From contig NIVC01003768.1 of assembly GCA_002269645.1 (NCBI GenBank), positions 1-24,404 on the forward strand: a DNA stretch of 24,404 nt, in the 5' to 3' direction. Source of the stretch: Macrostomum lignano (Eukaryota). This document shows, one piece after another, positions 1 through 20,691 of the stretch; position 1 is the stretch's first letter, and every line of letters begins with the position of its first letter. The notes under the pieces were generated by a model. That model had not been told where the DNA came from. It searched no databases and saw only the letters and a program-made list of their open reading frames with translations. Both the position numbers and the translations under genes were made by a program.

Positions 1-205
1 TTTTTGTTGGTTGATTGATTCGTTGATCGATTGATGATTTGTTAATTGTTTGATTGGTTATCGATTGATAGTTGATAAATTGATAAATTTGTTAATTGAT
101 TGATTGGTTGGTTTGATCGATTTGTTGATGGATTGATTGGTGGGTTGATTGATTGATTGATTTATTACTCGATTAATCATTTATAGATTGTTTTGTTAAT
201 TGATA
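1..205. repeat. Degenerate (TTGA/TTGG)n microsatellite
   Basis: Runs of ttgattga/ttgattgg from the window start to about 205. Confidence 0.8.
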
Positions 206-499
206 CATCAAATGTTTATTGAATCATGTCACGACAACAAAGCCTATTCCTAAAGCTTAGCTCGTTTGCATTTTTGCACCACTCGATTACGTGCAGCTAA
301 TAAAAGTACATGTACGCGTCCACTTAGCTAGAAAAAGTACACGTCGCTATAGTCATTATTTGTTACTTCAGCTTTTTTTCACTAATAAAAATTTACTATT
401 TCAAGCGAATAATCCATAACTAGAGATTTACAATTCACGAACCCTGCAGAGCTGGAATTTACTGCGGGTCTTCCTACGTTGGCCAGTTGCAGAGATGCT

Positions 500-603
500 G
501 AAATTTTGCCTGAGTCTGAACTCGAATTTCGAGCCCTTTTAATAAGCCCATAACTTCGTTGCTCCGACTGTGCAATCAAGATACCTATATTCTCACCTTT
601 AAG
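500..603 (+). CDS. VAP: VAP-like gene, first recognisable exon (N-terminal MSP domain); 5' boundary and start codon unresolved, frame break near 533
   Basis: Reads EILPESELEFR, then in a different frame PFNKPITSLLRLCNQDTYILTFK, followed by the donor AAG|GTAAGT at 603/604. This matches the VAP N-terminus [34 protein letters not shown] and joins in phase 0 to VKTT at 1071. Confidence 0.65.
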
Positions 604-744
604 GTAAGTTTGAAAGCTGTTGTGATTCCACTTCAAGCATTCATCACTCGATACAGTCCTAGTCTGAGACATTTTGAATAGTTCACGGGGCATTTTCTGA
701 CCTGTCTGTCCCTCGCTTAATTTTCTGCTCTTCTCTTGATTCTG

Positions 745-910
745 ATTGGCTCTCGATTTTTATTGCATGGCTCTCGATTCTTATTGGCTCTTGATTCTTA
801 TTGGCTCTTGATTCTTATTGGCTCTCGATTCTTATTGGCTCTCGACTCCTATTGGCTCTCGATTCTTATTGGCTCCTGATTCTTGTTGGCTCTCGATTCT
901 GATTGGCTGT
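745..910. repeat. 17-bp tandem repeat GATTCTTATTGGCTCTC (~9-10 copies) in VAP intron 1
   Basis: The repeated unit is directly visible and each copy contains ATTGG. Confidence 0.9.
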
Positions 911-917
911 CTGAGTG

Positions 918-970
918 CTAGCGCCTCTGGTGCTGGCGCCTCTGCTGCTGGCGCCTCTGCTGCTGGTGCC
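918..970. repeat. 15-bp tandem repeat GCTGGCGCCTCTGCT (~3.5 copies)
   Basis: Direct inspection. Confidence 0.8.
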
Positions 971-1070
971 CCTCATAAAATAAAATACTGGCTACGCCCA
1001 GCACGGAACAGTGATGCAGTATATCGCTATTTTAGAGTATTACTCGTGTTCGCATTCGACCAATTCAAAG

Positions 1071-1340
1071 GTGAAAACAACGGTACCAAAGTGTTACAGC
1101 GTACGGCCAAACATTGGACTACTGCAGCCATTCAGCGAGCTCGAGGTGGCCATCACGCTGCTCCCGCTGTCCGAGCCAGATGAGGATTCGGAAATCGATA
1201 ATGTCCACTTAAATCAATCGCCACAGCACAAGTTTATGATTCAAACTATGGTAGTGAAACCTGGCGCTTTAAATCATCAAAGCGTGGATGCTTTGTGGAA
1301 GGCCGCCACGCCGAGAGATGTGATGTGCTATCGGCTCAAT
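1071..1340 (+). CDS. VAP: VAP-like gene, MSP-domain exon
   Basis: Acceptor ttcaaag|GTG and donor AAT|GTGAGT; 270 nt, phase 0/0. VKTTVPKCYSVRPNIG...HKFMIQT...LWK matches VAP VKTTAPRRYCVRPNSG...HKFMVQ...VWK. Confidence 0.9.
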
Positions 1341-1359
1341 GTGAGTTGACTTTAAGCTT

Positions 1360-1665
1360 AGGGGTTTGCTTGGCTGGCCAAATGGGGGAGGTGGGGAGGG
1401 TGACGGGTTGTGGTGTTGGCTGGCCAATCAGCAAATGGGGTGGTGGGAGGGGTTGGGGTGTTCGCTGGCCAATCAGCAAGTGGGGTGGTGGGGAGGGGTT
1501 GGGGTGTTGGCTGGCCAAATCAGCAAGTGGGGTGGTGAGGAGGGGTTGGGGTGTTGGCTGGCCAAATCAGCAAGTGGGGTGGTGGGACGGGCTAGGGTTT
1601 GGCTGGCCAAATGGGGGAGGTGGGGAGGGGACGGGTTGGGGTGTTGGCTGGCCAAACCAGCAAAT
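1360..1665. repeat. G-rich 45-46 bp tandem repeat filling VAP intron 2
   Basis: TGGCCAA(A)TCAGCAAGTGGGGTGGTGGGAGGGGTTGGGGTGTTGGC recurs at 1421, 1466, 1512 and onward. Confidence 0.9.
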
Positions 1666-1710
1666 GTCCGAGTGCACCGATGGCGCATTGGCATCGGGAC
1701 CTGCCTGCAG

Positions 1711-2195
1711 GTGAGCAGAATCCCAGTTGGCGGCCCAGCCTCGGCCTCATGGCCACTAAAGAACTCAACAGCGGCTACTCGATGGATTGAGCAGCTGCAG
1801 TCGGCGACGATCCAGCAGGACAGCGAAAGCAACGCGTCGAATGCCTCGGATTCGCCCAGAGACCAGCGCTCGCCGAGGAGCAGCTGGAGGAGCAGCTGGA
1901 GGCCGAGCTGCACCGACTGCGGCAGGAGAACGCCAGACTGTGCCAGGAGGAGCTGCGACTGCGCAAAGTTGGCCTACGCCGCGAGGCCCGTCGGCGGCGT
2001 CATCTGCGCCAGCTGGCCGAGGCAGCTTCGTCAACTTCGGCGACTCTCGCGGCAGTTGCCGCGGCGCCCGTGTCGGTCGTTGTTGCTTTTTATCGATTTT
2101 TTCGACCACCAACCACCGACTCGGGGGCGATGCTGCTCTGCCTGGCCGGCGTTGCTGCCGGCGTGATTCTAGGAAAACTCTACCTGCAGCAGTAG
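1711..2195 (+). CDS. VAP: VAP-like gene, last exon (linker, coiled coil, C-terminal TM) with an apparent 1-nt deletion near 1869
   Basis: Acceptor cctgcctgcag|GTG. One frame gives VSRIP...SDSPRDQR. The next frame gives LAEEQLEEQLEAELHRLRQENARLCQEELRLRK...MLLCLAGVAAGVILGKLYLQQ*, with TAG at 2193-2195. The length is 485 nt, one short of a multiple of 3. ELRLRK and GVILGK are VAP hallmarks. Confidence 0.8.
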
Positions 2196-2306
2196 GGTCC
2201 TTAGCCGATGCGGTTTCTTGGAAAACAGGATTTTGGGGATTTGTGGACTTTAGGCGTCTCTTGAATATGCTCATGAGTGTTTCTGTTGCTTTGCTGAATT
2301 TCCGGC

Positions 2307-2790
2307 ATGGTTTCCCCTGTCTCTGACCTTTACCTGTCCTTATCTACCTGTCTCTCTCACCTCTACCTGTCCTTATCTGCCTGTCTCTCTCTCACCTTTA
2401 CCTGTCCTTATCTACCTGTCTCTCTCACCTTTACCTGTCCTTATCCACCTGTCTCTCTCACTTTTGCCTGTCCTTATCCACCTGTCTCTCTCACCTTTGC
2501 CTGTCCTTATCCATCTGTCTCTCTCACCTCTACCTGTCCTTATCCATCTGTCTCTCTCACCTCTACCTGTCCTTATCTACCTGTCTCTCCCACCTTTACC
2601 TGTCCTTATCCACCTGTCTCTTTCACCTTTGCCTGTCCTTATCCATCTGTCTCTCTCACCTCTACCTGTCCTTATCTGCCTGTCTCTCTCTTACCTTTAC
2701 CTGTCCTTATCCATCTGTCTCTCTCAACTTTACCTGTCCTTATCCATCTGTCTCTTTCACCTTTACCTGTGCTTATTTACCTGTCTCTCT
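2307..2790. repeat. 33-bp minisatellite ACCTGTCCTTATCCACCTGTCTCTCTCACCTTT (~14 copies) between the convergent VAP and sim stop codons
   Basis: Direct inspection; the ORF track shows an 11-aa period. Confidence 0.9.
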
Positions 2791-2803
2791 CACACGTTAG
2801 CCA

Positions 2804-2980
2804 TTTATTAATCCAATAAAGTCAGCGGCTCTCAGTCCTGTACCATTAGTCATTTGTGTTTTTGCGCAACATTTATAGTAGTTTCTATCTAAAAAATTTT
2901 TAGATCGAAATTTTTTTTCAACCTCTTACTTCCAGGAAAGTAATAAAAAAGAAAGGGTTTTTGTTTAGCTGGTGTTTATT
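2804..2980. terminator. Cluster of opposing polyadenylation hexamers (AATAAA on + at 2815 and 2942; on - at 2809 and 2980)
   Basis: The hexamers sit in AT-rich unique sequence between two convergent genes. Their use is unverified. Confidence 0.4.
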
Positions 2981-3084
2981 TTTAATATAGTGTGATTAGG
3001 TTACGTTATGAGTCATACTCTATTAAAATCACGTGACAGGTCCCACAGTGTTAAGTTAGAATGTATAAACAAGCTGGCAAGGCT

Positions 3085-3262
3085 CATTTAGGTCAAACTG
3101 TGGTCACACCGCATATGAATTTAGGTCAGACTGGGGTCACACCGCATATGAATTTAGGTCAGACTGGGGTCACACCGCATATGAATTTAGGTCAGACTGG
3201 GGTCACACCGCATATGAATTTAGGTCAGACTGGGGTCACACCGCATATGAATTTAGGTAAGA
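3085..3262. repeat. 33-bp minisatellite TTTAGGTCAGACTGGGGTCACACCGCATATGAA (~5.5 copies) just 3' of the sim stop
   Basis: Near-identical units. Confidence 0.9.
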
Positions 3263-3288
3263 CTTGGGGGGTCGGCGCCACTATTACG

Positions 3289-14323
<11,035 letters not shown>

Positions 14324-15731
14324 CTCGTTGTGACAGCTAATTGACTGTTTGAATGGCCTTTAGTTTCTACTCTGACAGGTGCACAGTCTAAATACGCGTA
14401 GATAAAAATATCAAGGGATTTGAGGCCTCCGTGGAGTATTGAGGCCGACAAGGAGGAGGAGGATCGAGACGGGTATTTAAGCGCGACCAATGAGAGATGA
14501 TCTGAGTTCTTATCTGCCCAGCCCTGATTTGTGCAATATTTCACTATATTGAATGCTCTCGGGTCATGAAGCCGCTCCTTAAATTTTCCTTAAAAGGGTA
14601 GAGAGCAGTGGGACAGTAAAGAGTATAGATAGGGTAGGGTGCGATCGAAATTCCTAAAACAGCAAAAGAGCATATCATAATAAGCCAACGAGGATTTGCA
14701 AATGGCACCAACAAATGTGACTGTACACTATTTCGAAAGTCTAAAGTCATAAAGCGAGTCTTTATTTTCACAGTACACAAAGTTTTAAAACTGATTGATA
14801 AAATTTTCATGTAACCTAAGTTTGGTTTGACGCAGGCACACCTCTACTAATCGTATTGTCGTGCACGTGTCAAACGAAAACTTTCTACACGAAGCATGAT
14901 TCACTTGGCAATACAAAAAATAAATTAATTATGTGCAGAGGCCAGAGGCTGAGCTGAGAAGTGAGAAAGAGTGGCGGATTATATTAATGCCTTATTTTTG
15001 TTATAATAAACTGAGTCTGTCGCATGCAAAACGCACTACTTTCAATGGAATAGATAGGGTGCAAATTGCCCACGGCTAACAAAAATATAATAAATAAATT
15101 AATTTTTTGATAACCACTGTTTAAAAGTATTTAAAATGAATAATTTTATTAGCAAAATATTACACGAAGACTGTCTAAAACTTATGAGGCGCAATTTTTA
15201 TTAAATGAAAATTATAATTAGCTAAAATTAAATAAGTAAGAAAACAATAAATAAAATATATTGAACATTTAGTATTATCATAATAAAAATAAATTGGCTT
15301 GCTTTCGTCGCAAATTATAACGTGTGCAGTGAATTCGGATAAATAATAAACACGATTTAAATTAAAAATGTTTTCATTAACGGCTTATATTCTTAAATTT
15401 AATTATCTCTTTCTTTTATGCAATATTAATCATATATAGCTTTCTATATTCAATATATAAATAGCATGGTATTTGTATTATTCGTTCGTATGTTTTATAA
15501 TTAAAATATTTGCTACATTAGGTACATGTTTGGTAATTGGTATTTGCTAAAATTAAAAATATACCTGTGGTGATTAACAGCATACTAGCAAACTTCATTT
15601 TTAAGCTCCAGGATCTGAGATGGTCAATAATATATTACTTGCAATTATTCAATATATTGCGACAAAAATAAACCAAAACAATACTACTTAACCAACTATT
15701 AAGTTATTATAATAAACATTGACCGTTATGA

Positions 15732-16961
15732 TTAAACACTTTGAATCTTTCCACCAGTGCTACTAGAAGCGGCAGCGGCAGCGGCAGATTTCAATTTCTG
15801 CTGCTGCAACTGTTGCAGATGCAGCTGGTGCAGCTGGCGCATATCGTTGGCCCTGGAGGCCGCGTATCCGAGAGTGCCGAGCAGGATCAGAAACACCGAC
15901 AGCCACCACAGCGGGCTTGTGCTCTGCCGGAAGTAGAACACCGCAACCAGCGTCTGCGCAGTGGTGTGAGCGCTATTGCTAATCACCAGGGTTAGCGGAG
16001 AGGTCACGTGAATCACTCGATACGTCAGCACGCCGAACGCCGCGGTGCCAATGTTAGACAGGACCAGAGTGGCCAAGAAGCCGGGGGTGATCAGTTCAGT
16101 CCAGTGCTGGCGCAGCAGCCACAGCTGGTCTGTGCACATCAGCAGCGGCAGGAACAGCACAGCGCAGGTGGCATTCAGAGCGCAGGTGAGCAGCATTGGC
16201 GAATAGGCAAAGCTGGGCAGCACCTTCTTAGTCAGGGTTGTCTCCATAGAGGCGAACAAGCTCGACACGGTGCCGAATATGAAGCCTTTGAAGGTGACAC
16301 TGTCGAGCGACTGGTTGACGCCCAGGCTGAAGCCGGCGATCACCACTCCGCAGCAGGCGAGGCTCGACCGGCGAACCGGCGAGCTGAGCAGCCAGTACGT
16401 GAATGCCAAGGTGAACACGACAGTCAGTGAGCGAGATATCTGCAGGCAGGCGACGCCAACCTGCCGTAGCGACATCCGGTTAAAGGTGAGCATACCGATG
16501 AAGCTCAGGCAGAGCGGTAGGAAAGCTCGGTTGCGGGTCAGAAGGTCTCGAACCTTCAGCTGGAGCAGCTGGTCGCGCTGCCACGTCCAGATCAGCGGGG
16601 CCAACAGGATGCTGGCGCTCATAGTCTGCACTGCGGACAGCAGGATGGCGAGGTTAGGCAGTCGGTGATCCACCAGGAAGCTGTTCGAGAAGGTGATAGT
16701 GGAGGATAGGATCCAGTGCGCCGCCAGAACCAGCAGTACGTTCAGGTCGGAGCGCCAGCCACCGCCGACGTCGCCGCTAGCGGTATCGCTGTCCTCGGAG
16801 TCCGAGCAGGTCGACAAGGAAGCCGTACTAGGCGACCTTGGCGCGTCATTCGATGGCATCTTAGTCAACGAGGAGGCACTGCCAGATTCCAGATTGCAGT
16901 CTTGATTAGCCACCGCTGCTGCTGACGACCTAAAGACGTCCGTGTCACCAGCTGTTGTCAT
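15732..16961 (-). CDS. SLC35C1: Intronless SLC35C1 (GDP-fucose transporter)-like nucleotide-sugar transporter, divergent, 409 aa
   Basis: A multi-TM DMT-fold pattern with LPLCLSFIGMLTFN, VGVA...RSLT.VF, GF.LGV.Q, KKVLP, LFLPLL, TSPLT, AQT..AV and LWW.S, all matching SLC35C1. Confidence 0.85.
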   Translation of the reverse strand: MTTAGDTDVFRSSAAAVANQDCNLESGSASSLTKMPSNDAPRSPSTASLSTCSDSEDSDTASGDVGGGWRSDLNVLLVLAAHWILSSTITFSNSFLVDHRLPNLAILLSAVQTMSASILLAPLIWTWQRDQLLQLKVRDLLTRNRAFLPLCLSFIGMLTFNRMSLRQVGVACLQISRSLTVVFTLAFTYWLLSSPVRRSSLACCGVVIAGFSLGVNQSLDSVTFKGFIFGTVSSLFASMETTLTKKVLPSFAYSPMLLTCALNATCAVLFLPLLMCTDQLWLLRQHWTELITPGFLATLVLSNIGTAAFGVLTYRVIHVTSPLTLVISNSAHTTAQTLVAVFYFRQSTSPLWWLSVFLILLGTLGYAASRANDMRQLHQLHLQQLQQQKLKSAAAAAASSSTGGKIQSV

Positions 16962-18678
16962 GACAAACGGCGCATCTACCTATGCTCCGATCGGAACAAC
17001 TCTCTAGAGCAAGGGTTCTGCTGGTTCGCCGTCTTTATTTTCAATAATTTTTCACTGCTGTCCGCCTGAAACCTATTTGCTCACGTGTCTCTCTCTCTCC
17101 TCTCTCCGGCCCCTCTAACGGCCGTTTTTCTCCTTTCCAACTTTTTGGAACTGTAAAGAATTTCACAGCTCGAATGAGAAGTAAGAGAGAGAGAGCGGAG
17201 TGCTTGCAAAAGCGAGATATACAATAGTAATAGTGGCACAGGGCACAGTAGTTGCAGGCGACCTATGAGGAACTTGTATAAGGACGAATGCAAATGCTAT
17301 CCCTTTGCCACTATACCCGTGCCCCGCTCCCAACACAGCTGTTCCTACACTGCCATTGGTTTGCAAGCTTTGGGTCCATGCTGTATTGTTCTCTATTAGG
17401 GGCAGAGTCAGAGAGCTAAATAGAAGAAATCGATTGTGGGCGCGCTCTGAGTACGTGACAAGCAACCACTATATACTTAAACCCTTCTTGCTCCTTCGCC
17501 AATCTTTCGCTTCCTTCTCATAGCTGTTCGACGTTTAGCTTCGATCTTGCAAGTAGCTAAGGAGAAGTTGGTCGTAGAAAATTTTTGAGAAAAGGAAACT
17601 CACGTTTCAACTACTCTATTTCGTTATATTTGCTTAGTATAGGGAAGTCGTAGGCAGCTTGCAGCTCGCATACTTTCCTTGAATCTCGACTTGGCTCTGC
17701 TCGTGCAATTAACGGCTTAACGCCTTTGAGGGCCAACCTCCCTAAAGGTACAGTGAAGTGTACATGCCTAACGATAATTAAGTTAGGGCTCTTGGGGGTA
17801 TGGGGTGGTTGCTGAGATGCCAAGGGTCAATTTCAATTGGAAATTATCGGTAGGCCAAGCCAAAGGTAGCAAAATTGTGGCAAAACAGTTGTCGTGATAC
17901 AGTTAAATTTGAGAGAAAATGCACTAGAAAGATTAGAGCTGCCTGAATAACAATTAATCTATCATAAAGCAACTGAGGCATAAAACTAAATGAGGCCGGA
18001 TTTCAACGCAAAGCTTAACTTAGCTATTGTACATACAATAGGAAAGACTTTAAGTTAGCTTGGTTGGCAGTTTACAATAAATATTCCTGCCGGATCGAAT
18101 CAAGACCAGAGTACCAATTCAAATGCAATAATATACTGGCTTCACTGCGCTTCACATGCTGGAGTGGAAATCGAAGGACCATAACTAGATGCTATTTTTA
18201 GAACTGCAAACGTCACAGGCCTGTAATAAAAGTTGACTTACTTGACTTAGCTGCAGGGGGGCGTCCGGCGGATGCAGCGAAAAGGCGGAGACCGCCCATT
18301 CCGCTAGCCCCTGGCGACCAATGGCTTCCGTCGAAGCGATGTCGCGCAGGGGAACCCGTCGGTCTGCAGCGCGGTCCTCCTCACCAGCGGTGGGGAAGAA
18401 ATCAGCTCGTCCCGTGTCCCTAGGGTACCGGGCGAGCAGCGGGATGCTCACGGGCCTGCAAACGTCGGAAAGAACCGACATAGTGAGTGAGCCTGGCCCT
18501 GGTGAAAGCCGGGCAGTGGCAGATAAAGTGCTCGGCGTTTTCACTGCCTGAGCGGCAGAAGGGGCACCGCTCCTCGGGTACTTGGCCCTGAAGGAAGCGG
18601 TGGCGAGAGAAGCAGCCATGCCTGGAGAGGGCCATGCTGACTGCTCTGAGGACTCTGCGGTTGAGCCTGAGGAGGGCT

Positions 18679-18981
18679 CTACGCAGGTGAGGAGAGGGGC
18701 AGGGGACGGCCGCACGGGAATTGCCTACTATTCCGGGTGTCCTGCCACCTGTTGAGATGCTCGGAGTCAGTCCAGCGCTTAACGCGGGAATTGATCCCCG
18801 AGGCGGGCATCGGGGCCCCCGGGCCTGGCCCTAGCAGCGCGCCGGCGGAGCCAGCCTTGGCCAGCAGGTCAGCGCGCTCGTTGCCGAGGAAACCAGCGTG
18901 GCCCGGGATCCATCTGAGCTCCACCTGGTTGCCTAGCGCAAGCCCGTTGAGCTGGGCGTTGCAGTCCAGGACAGATCTGGA
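18679..18981 (-). pseudogene. C-terminal part of the RNase H domain
   Basis: SRSVLDCNAQLNGLALGNQVELRWIPGHAGFLGNERADLLAKAG. Confidence 0.9.
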
Positions 18982-19001
18982 CAGACAGGACAGACAGGAC
19001 A

Positions 19002-19712
19002 GACATTGTCGAAGGCCCCCTCAATGTCCAGGAAAAGCGAGAGGGCAAAGCCGCTGCCAAGAACGGCCCTCTCCAGGAAGTCAACAATGACATGGAGGGC
19101 ACTCTCGGTAGACCTGCCCGCGCGGAAGGCGTGCTGGTTCTGCGAGAGTGGAAAGGGCTTCAACACGACCGAAAGTAGTCGCCAAAGCACCAGTCTTTCG
19201 AGGAGCTTGAGGCAGAAAGATGTGAGGCTGATAGGCCTGAAGGCCTTCACCGATTGATAGTCTCTCTTTCCAGGCTTGGGGATAAAGACCACCCGGGCCT
19301 CTCTCCACGCAACTGGTACATAGCCCAGCTCCACACAAGCTCGGAGGAGACGACAGAGCAGGTCCAGGAAGCGTTGGTTTTTCACCGCCTCGTGCAAGAA
19401 AGCTGGGTAGATGCCGTCGGGCCCAGGCGCCTTGAACGGGTTAAAGGACCTTGCCGCTCTAATAATGCGGTCTTTGGTGATTATAGACTTCGCTAGGCCT
19501 TGCCCTCCAACGGTGTGGTCAGATAGGCCCTGCTGAGTCGGAGATTTAGGGAGGAGACTATGGAGCTTTAGAGTTTCGTCAGAGCTCTCTGTGACCGAGC
19601 CATCAGGTCTGATCTTCACAACAGAGAGTTTAGAAAAACGGTCATTCGTGAGTGCCTTTACCATGCGGGCTACGGGGCAAGAGCCCTCAAGCCCTTCGCA
19701 GTATTGGCGTCA
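19002..19712 (-). pseudogene. N-terminal half of the reverse transcriptase (ends at FLDIEGAFDNV; no YADD-type catalytic motif)
   Basis: In-frame TGA at 19712-19710 where W is expected; motifs as listed for the element. Confidence 0.9.
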
Positions 19713-20011
19713 CTTGGCCGTCTTGGCCCTTCTGACTTGGCCCTTAAATTTGTGGATCGCATGGGTATAGGCCTCTCTATCAGATGGGTCTTTGGTTTTG
19801 AGCGCTCGCCTTTGGAGGGTCCTGGCTCGGCACCGAAGGGCCCCGAGCTCTGGGTTCCACCAGGGAGCAGATTTCTTGCCTTTGTAGGCCTTTAGAGGGC
19901 AGGCTACCTCAAAGGCAGTGGTGATCGCCCCGCCCAGGGAGGAGGCGAGATCATCCACAACCCGGCAGTCAGAGAGGTCACTGGGGAGGTCAAGATCCCG
20001 AATGTCGCGGC

Positions 20012-20691
20012 TCAGCTTCGAGCCAAAGACGGCACAATCGGTATTCCTGACGTTCCTCGTGAGAGTGAGACCTCCTCCCACACTCGCCAGCCCGTAACTG
20101 TGGACAGAAGTCCGGGTGAGGCGATGGTGGTGTCGATGACTTCGGCCCACAGCCCGTTATTAAACTTTGGTGCATTGCCCACGTTACAGAAGTTGAGGTT
20201 CGTGCTGCTGACGTAGGCCAGCTCCTCGCTTCTGTTGTTGGTGCTCTTGCTGCCCAAATGCAGGTGGTGCGCGTTCACATCCCCTGCAATGAGCAGTTCG
20301 AACCGGCGGGACGCGACGTAGTCAATGAGGTTGACTAGCGCGTCGCAGACTACTGGGGCATCGCCTGGGAAATAGGCAGATGCTGCCAGCACGCGTTTAT
20401 TGGGAAGGAGGTTATTGGTTTGAACAACACAGATGTCCCCGGTCGAGAGATCAGGTCTCATTCATGCCTCAAAAGCTTTTGCAGCAAAGACCAGAGATCT
20501 TGGTGAGAGTCCGCCATGCAAAAGCAGTGGTAGTCAGATGGCACATTATTTGGCGTACCTTTAGTCATCCAGGGCTCCTGCACGAAAAACAGGCCCGGAA
20601 GCTGTTGCTCTGTCGTGCGCATCAGGTTGAATGACGCCGCCACGCAGTGCTGGGTGTTGATCTGCAGACACCAGGTAGCCGCTGGCATCAT
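20012..20691 (-). pseudogene. Apurinic-like endonuclease (EEP) domain of the retrotransposon ORF2, disrupted
   Basis: There is a frameshift near 20505 and a TGA at 20464-20462 where W is expected. A small deletion plus frameshift lies near 20065. Confidence 0.85.

Noticed and set aside
1661-1710. Micro-exon of the VAP gene ending at CAG|GTGAGC
   Set aside because: It would end in phase 2 with no well-placed compatible acceptor nearby. Reading cctgcctgcag|GTG as the acceptor gives a simpler phase-0 join.
17002-17025. CTCTAGAG followed by CAAGGGTTCT as another hAT end
   Set aside because: I could not find a partner TIR or second TSD.
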